A model generated the notes under the pieces. The model was not told the origin of the DNA. It saw only the letters and a list, made by a program, of their open reading frames with translations, and made no database searches. Below, piece after piece: positions 56,161 through 64,000 of a stretch of 64,000 nucleotides of DNA. The stretch is from the human T2T-CHM13v2.0 reference genome, Homo sapiens: NCBI RefSeq assembly GCF_009914755.1, contig NC_060938.1. One strand, 5' to 3'. Within the stretch, counting starts at the first letter, position 1; the number at the start of each line of letters is the position of its first letter. Made by a program: the position numbers and the translations under genes.

Positions 56161-57885
56161 TGCACACCTGCACAGGACATCTTTATAATTTGCTTCTCAT
56201 CATGTTTTTTCTAGTAACTGCCCAGCTTGACTGTCCATATCTTTACTGTTATTTTAAAATCCACTTTAGTGGTAGAATGTTACTCTGTCCCCTGGCTGTT
56301 TTATTGGTCTCGTGTTGGTCATCCAACCCCAAATAAGCCAATCTAAGGCTTATCTAGGAAATTTTGAGACAGAAACTGGGAAATGGGGTACAGTTTTGTT
56401 GAGAAAGTCTGGAAGAGAGAAGGGATATGTGAAGACTTTGGCTGAAGTGTTGGCTACCACATTTCTTATCAAGTAGATATGAAAAACAAAAGGAGAGAGG
56501 GGAGGGGGCATGAAAGGATGGTGGGAGGGAAGGAGAGAGAGAGGGAGAGGAAATAAGGGACATGGACAAAAGCTGAGAGGGCCTGAAAGCACCTGACATG
56601 AGGATCTTTTTTCTATCCATTCGTGAAGACTACCAGTGTTCCTTTCTTAAGCTCCCTGTGACGTCTCATTATCTTCAGGATAAACTTCCCTTTTTGCTTC
56701 ATTTATCTAAGTGGAGTTATCAATGCTGCTTCATTGACCTGACCACCAAAGTTGTACCCTAACAAGTCCTCATTAATCCCCACCCATATGCCACTGGCAT
56801 GCTGGGCACTGAGAATGCCCAGAACTCAGATCCTGCTCCCAAAGCTTCCTAGTCTAGAGAAGGTGATGCTGTTCAGGGATATTAGTTAGCATATGGGGAA
56901 AGGATACTCTACTGGAAGACCTCTAGGAAGAGAAGAGTGAATCTTGAGCTGGGCCAGAGTCTGGAGGCCCCTCCCAGACCTCATGCTTCCACTGCGTCTT
57001 AGAGGATGTGTCCACTGTCAGCTCAAAGAATTTGTGCAGACCCAGAGGTGCGAAATAGGAAGGCATGAGTCAGTGAGCATGGCTTGGTTTGGCTGTATGG
57101 GGGAATTGATGGATTAAGAACGGGTTAGGGCAGGAAGAGAGGCTGGAAGGGAAGTTAGGGGCAGAGTAGGAAGGACCTTCTAGGCCAGTTTAAAGAGTGT
57201 GGGCTGGACCTTGGTAAAGCTTGTTAAGCAGGCCCTCCTGTAGAAGTTGCCAGTGATGGTCGCGTTCCATAGCAGACATTCCTGGAGAAAAGGGAAGTTC
57301 ACTGTAGAACAGTATAGATATTTTCTATTGCCCTAGCTGGAATGAATATTTGATTTGTAGGTTTTCTAAAAGATTCATCTTGAAAAACTTATATAAATAT
57401 CCTCTTCCTTCTTCTGCATTTGATAAACCAAAAATCTTCAAATTGAAGGATTCTTTATATTTTTTCAAACAGGTATAAACAGGAGAAAAAGCACTGGGTA
57501 TAACAACCCACAAAAGGTGATGTAAGAATAAATAAGAAGTGAATAGTAATAGTAGCAGCAACAACCGTGGCTGAGTGTTGAGTGTCCGCCATGAGCCAGG
57601 GACAGCGCCAAGGGCTGTGTTCAAGAGAAAGGCATAGTAACAAAACCAACTGATGGGGACTGCGAGGGGAGGGGTGGAGAGAGGCTGCCCGGATGCACAT
57701 CCTGGCTCTGCCCCTTGCTGACAATGTGGGCTTGCATATGTCACATTAGATGGGGGTGTCTATAATAATTTCCTCATAGGGCTGTCAGGAGGATTCAGTG
57801 CAATAATTCAAGTTCAGTGCCGGGGACACTGTTAGTGCTCAGGAAGTGTAAATTATTTGTTCCTTAAAATTAAGAAAAAGAGAAA

Positions 57886-57935
57886 TGATTGATAGATAGA
57901 TAGATAGGACAGAGATAGCTAGAGAGAGAGAGATA
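57886..57935. repeat. (GATA)n/(GA)n simple repeat
   Basis: Direct read. Confidence 0.9.
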
Positions 57936-58179
57936 AACATTGATATATTTAAAAATACATCTCTCCATCATATTCCAATGCAACTGCAATTCTACACATT
58001 TCTTTCATTGCAAAATTCAGTGTGTTTATATGACATGAAATATCAGTTGTAGACCACCTGAGGGGGAAACCAAGAAGGAGAAAAGCTGACAGTGACTCTT
58101 CTTGACTGATATTAAGTCTAAAAATGCTGTGATTTATTGACTATTCTTAGTGAGTACAGATGGCTTTGATAAAATGACT

Positions 58180-58560
58180 TGTATTTTAGTTTATTACTTC
58201 AATGAATATATATTGGATAACATTTGGAAAAATAAAATGAAATTTAAAATGTACTTCTCATGTTAATATTTTAGGTATTTTTCTTCTCATTTCTTTTCAT
58301 ACAGTCATTTTACAAAGGATTGTGAATGCACACACACACACACAATTTTGTACCTTTCAATTCCATTTCATTGTTTGATATTCATTTAAAAACTTTGTAT
58401 ACTTTTGTAATAATATGTCAGATATCTGCATATTATGATTTTATATGGATGATACATGATTTACCTACTCTTTGCATTGGATATTTCTGTTGTTTCCAAA
58501 TGGTAATGATTTTGAATAGACACATGTTCATACCATTAAGAATAACAGGAGATTGTGGTT
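58180..58560 (-). mobile_element. Old L1M (L1ME-like) fragment
   Basis: AT-rich 'tatggatgatacatgattta...ttggatatttctgttgtttccaa'. Confidence 0.5.
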
Positions 58561-61139
58561 AACCTACCCCAGTACATTTACAAACACTCAAACCCAGTCC
58601 TGGTATCACCAACATCAAAATTGTATTATATGAAGACAATTTTAGGGACAGCTGCAAACACCATAGCAATCCTTGTTTTTGTCCTCCTGAAGGAAGAGAG
58701 TACCTAGGCTCTAAGCCACACATATATAGGTTCAGAATCTGCTACTTTCTAGCTGTAGCCTTGGGCTGCTGCTTGACCTCTCTAAGCATTTCCTTTCTCA
58801 GCCATAAAACTATAAAATGTGAGTAATATTGCAACCCTCTCCAGGTGATTGTAAAGATTAAATCACATTCCTTTGATCCCTATGCATTCCAAATCCCACC
58901 TACATGATATTCATAGTGCTAATCAGGTGTGAGAGCTATGAGTCCAAATCTGATTTCTTTCTGCAGACAGAAAACCTTACGCAGGCAGGAGTGATGTCTC
59001 CTTTGTACCTTTTGAACTTAGAACGATGACTGTCGTGTAACAGCCACTTGGTGAGCAGTTATTAAACAAATGACTGAGTATCCCCTCAATATGAAAACTT
59101 GAAAAAATTTAGTAATCGTTTGATCGTCTCAGGGAATGATACGGTCTTCATTTTCTATGTCCAACACTACAGTTATGCAGGCGACTGAACTTCTATTGCA
59201 GAATATTTTCCACTGGAATGTAATTGTATTTATGGAAATTATAATGTATGTTCAGCAAAACAAACCTCGATTCCATTGTCCTACGTGGAATAAGTCTAGA
59301 GAACAATAGACTTTCTTAGTGGAATGCACCCTCCCATACATTGCTACAAAATCACAAAGAAAAGGAAAAAAGGGAAAGTGATTTTCCCAACAAAGCGTCT
59401 CTACATGTGGGTGGTCAATGATGTTTACCTAAAATGGATTTGTGGCTGAAGAGAAAATTCTGATTTCCCGAAAGGTGAATCTCACTGATGTTGATTACAG
59501 AAATAAGTTGTACTGCTTGATGTAAAGGGAGGAAAAAGTAACTTTTTAATTTATCTCTGCCCTATCCAAACAAGGGCCAGGAAAGATTACATGTTTTCCT
59601 GTGATTCAGTTCTACAGAGGCAAGAGACTCTATCAATATTGAAGTTGTAAATACCGGAACATTAGATTTGCTTTCTGCCCATGAAAAGCAGATTTTGTTG
59701 CTTTTCTCTTCTCTCTGCTGACAACATGCATAAACAGTGGCCCAAAATGTGATTATTCCCTGTGGATGCCCAGGTCCTTCCTGTTGCCTCCCCTCCGCAG
59801 TTTGGGGGAAGGGTTGTCAACCCCCGTGAGATGCCGCAACCCGGAAGCAGGTCCTTGTTAATATTTTCCTCATGAAACTTTGAGCATTTAGGCAAAACCA
59901 ACACAATCGCTTTTTCCCTCCAGATAAATAATTAGATCTCTGAGGCTGCTTATTATCAGAAGCCCCTTATATAAGGAGCAGAGTGATGGTTCTTTCATCA
60001 TGTCATGTGAGTGGCTGTGACACACACTGGGCACATGTGTGTCCTGACCTGGGCTCCAACAGCATCTGTGGCAGGTAACCCTAGGGTTCCAGAAATAGAC
60101 TGCAGACAGGCAGAATAGGGTGTGGGAAGCATCTTCGTCTCTTCGGAGCCATAGTCTCCTGGTCTGCTAACATCCACCATATGACCCTCTTCGCTGTCTT
60201 TTTGTGGGGCCTCAGTGCCATCAGGCTGGGCTGTGAGGACCCTTTTTCTAATCACACAACTCTATACTCACTATTTTCAAACCAAATAATTGGCAAACGT
60301 GATTGGTAAAGGCTGAGACCACAGAGCACTCTCTTGAAGTGTAAGTTCACCTTCTCATAAGGAATTTAGTAATTCACAAGCAAAGGGAAGTCAGTAGACA
60401 ATGGAGAAGCAACTATCAGCCTGTTTCCATGCATTTTTTTCTTTTTACTTTTCAGTCAAAGGGCTTTGTATTATGTGCTAGTATCTTTCATACTTAAGCT
60501 TCATCATGGCTCAAAACTTTCATCTCTTTTACCTGTTAAAAGGAAACAGTATCCTTTGTAATTTAAGTGATGTAATTTATGTGGAATTGCTGAGCAATGT
60601 TGGGGGAATAGTGGGTGCTTAAGAAATAGCAAGGAAAGTTGAATCTGAACATTTATTAATCTAAATGTCCCTTCAGATTACAAGGTTCTGGAGGGCAGAG
60701 ACATTTCTGGACATGATTTATCAGGAAAGGAAGATGATAGAGTTCTTTCATCACAGCTGTGTTCTAATGAGATTCTGGGTACTTTCTACACATTAACTTA
60801 GTTCACCCTCTGAACCACTCAGCAAGGGAGGTTTTCATACCCCCAATTAAGGAGAAAACAAAATCAGAAAAGTTTCAAACTTGACCAAAGCCATGGAGCT
60901 AAGGAAGGGGATATAGCTGGGTTTAGAATTCAAGTGTGTCTGTCTTCAAAGCCTGTGTCTTCCCCCAATAGGTTAATAAAGCAAACATAAGGTGGGACTC
61001 TTAGCTCAAAGTTGGGACCCAGTGATAAAAAGACTAACGAATGAGTCATACCTCCAGGTTGGATCCTAGCTCCACCATTTACTCTCTCTGTGACTCAGTT
61101 CCTATCTATAAAATTGGGATGACATCACCATTACGCTGC

Positions 61140-61365
61140 ATTGCCTGTCATGCGTCAGGCGCTGTTCTAAGTGCTTACGTGTTCTGACTCATTTACTCCT
61201 CACCAAAACTCTAGGAAGTACATAGTGTGATTATTCCCATTTTACACATAAGGAAGCTGAGTCACAATCGACATTAAAAGTAAGTGTCCTACAGGTAAAA
61301 AATAGAATGTGTCTGAGCTTGGTTTGAAATCCCCGTAATAGGTCTTGTAGTCTACATTCAACTGC
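61140..61365 (-). mobile_element. MIR SINE
   Basis: 'tgcgtcaggcgctgttctaagtgctt...attattcccattttacacataaggaagctgag'. Confidence 0.8.
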
Positions 61366-61866
61366 ACCATTGTTTTTAGTAGCTGCCCCCACAGGACTGG
61401 CATCTGGCTAAAATAATATGATGCTTAAAACTTCTTAGAACAATATATTGCCCATAGAGTCATTTGATTAACATAAACAATTATTTAGTATTGTTGCTAC
61501 TATCATGATTGCTATGTCTGGAATATCCAATCTCTATAAAGCTCAAAGTAACTTCAGCAATGCAAGTTCAAGATAGATGGGCCAGGAGGTGCTGACTCTG
61601 AGTAAGTGAAGAAAAAGCATGATCCACAATGCTGCCAGAATGCTTCTAGGGATCAGCATAAAATTTTTCTGCATTTTAAAATACATTTTTGAAATTTAAC
61701 GATTTCAAACAATTCCATAAAAAGAATGTGTATAATTTCATTTTCAACTCCTAGGCAGAAAAGAATAAGCGTAAAGCTGTGGTCTAAAAAATAGAAATCT
61801 GGCTACTCAATTACAGATAATTGCAACAAAAAATAAAGTTGATCAGTGTTTAAAGAAACAAGAAAT

Positions 61867-62227
61867 GGCTGGGCATGTTGGCTCAAGCCTGTAATCCCAG
61901 CACTTTTGGGGGCTGAAGTGGGTGAATCGCTTGAGCCCAGGAGTTTGAGAACAGCCTGGGCAATACGATTAAACCCCGTCTTTACAAAAACAAAATACAA
62001 AAATTAGCCAGGCATGGTGCTGCACACCTGTAGTCTCAACTACTCAGGAGGCTGAGGTGGGAGGATCACCTGAGCCCAGGAGGTCAAGGCTGCAGTGAGC
62101 CATGATCATGCCACTGTACTTTAGGCTAGGTGACAGAGTGAGGTCCTATCAGAAAGAAGAAAGAGGGAGAAAGAGAGAGCAAGGGAGAGAGAGACAGAGA
62201 GAGAGAGAGGGAGAGAGAGAGAGAGAG
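61867..62227 (+). mobile_element. AluJ with tail converted to (GA)n
   Basis: J diagnostics 'tcgcttgagcccaggag', 'gaggtcaaggctgcagtgagccatgatc'; TSD AGAAACAAGAAA at 61854-61865 and 62228-62239. Confidence 0.93.
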
Positions 62228-62669
62228 AGAAACAAGAAAGCTGCATAAGTAGCTCTCTAATAGGCTCAGATATTTATAATAGCTTTTTCCCTTAAAATGT
62301 GTCAAGTAAAACTATTCCTTACATGTGCTTAAAAAGTCAAAGAATATAAGAATTTATGATACAAATCATCAGTCTCCAGGCTCTACTCATACCCTAATCC
62401 TCTAAATAAATCACTTTTACTGCTTTTTATTGTTGAATTGTTAAAGTAATGGGATTATTATACTCTTATTTCTCACTTTACCAATATCAGATATTTATTG
62501 ATTTCATACCACGATAAAACACAATTTAGGTCACTTACATTAGTTCCAATGTACTTACATTACATTACATATTACATTACATTGTTTTAAAACTCAATGA
62601 TTTTAACTCAGTTAATTTTATTGGTTAATTTTATTTTACTATTTTAGCTTATCTATTGTTTCCCATTGT

Positions 62670-64000
<1,331 letters not shown>

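Noticed and set aside
56490-56555. G-quadruplex in a purine-rich tract
   Set aside because: Needs a loop of about 14 nt; low-complexity sequence
59965-59976. SRF CArG box
   Set aside because: CC(A/T)8GG has two more A/T bases than the CC(A/T)6GG consensus; kept only as a palindromic TATA

Overview
Primate (human or great-ape-like) non-coding genomic DNA, rich in repeats. I find no recognisable protein-coding exon, RNA gene, CpG island or prokaryotic feature, and I cannot identify the locus. The long ORFs in the track are broken L1 ORF1/ORF2 pieces or Alu, LTR and chance frames. Main contents: a full-length, dead L1PA7-like LINE-1 with a 14-bp target-site duplication (TSD) at 22214-28749; 12 Alus (J, S, Y); a solo MLT2A1 (HERV-L) LTR with a perfect TSD; several MaLR LTRs; old L1M, L2, L3 and MIR fragments; DNA-transposon relics; microsatellites. 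The most unusual structures are two non-tandem 'jump out, copy, jump back' templated insertions. (1) An 824-bp copy (34770-35593) of a segment 2333 bp downstream (37103-37926), with a 12-bp target duplication and microhomology at both junctions. Its donor end lies at the base of a potential inverted-Alu stem, and the copies show a sharp divergence gradient suggestive of gene conversion. (2) A 143-bp copy inside L1 ORF2. Several candidate enhancer or promoter motif clusters are flagged as inference only. Repeat subfamily names come from recalled consensus sequences, not a database search.
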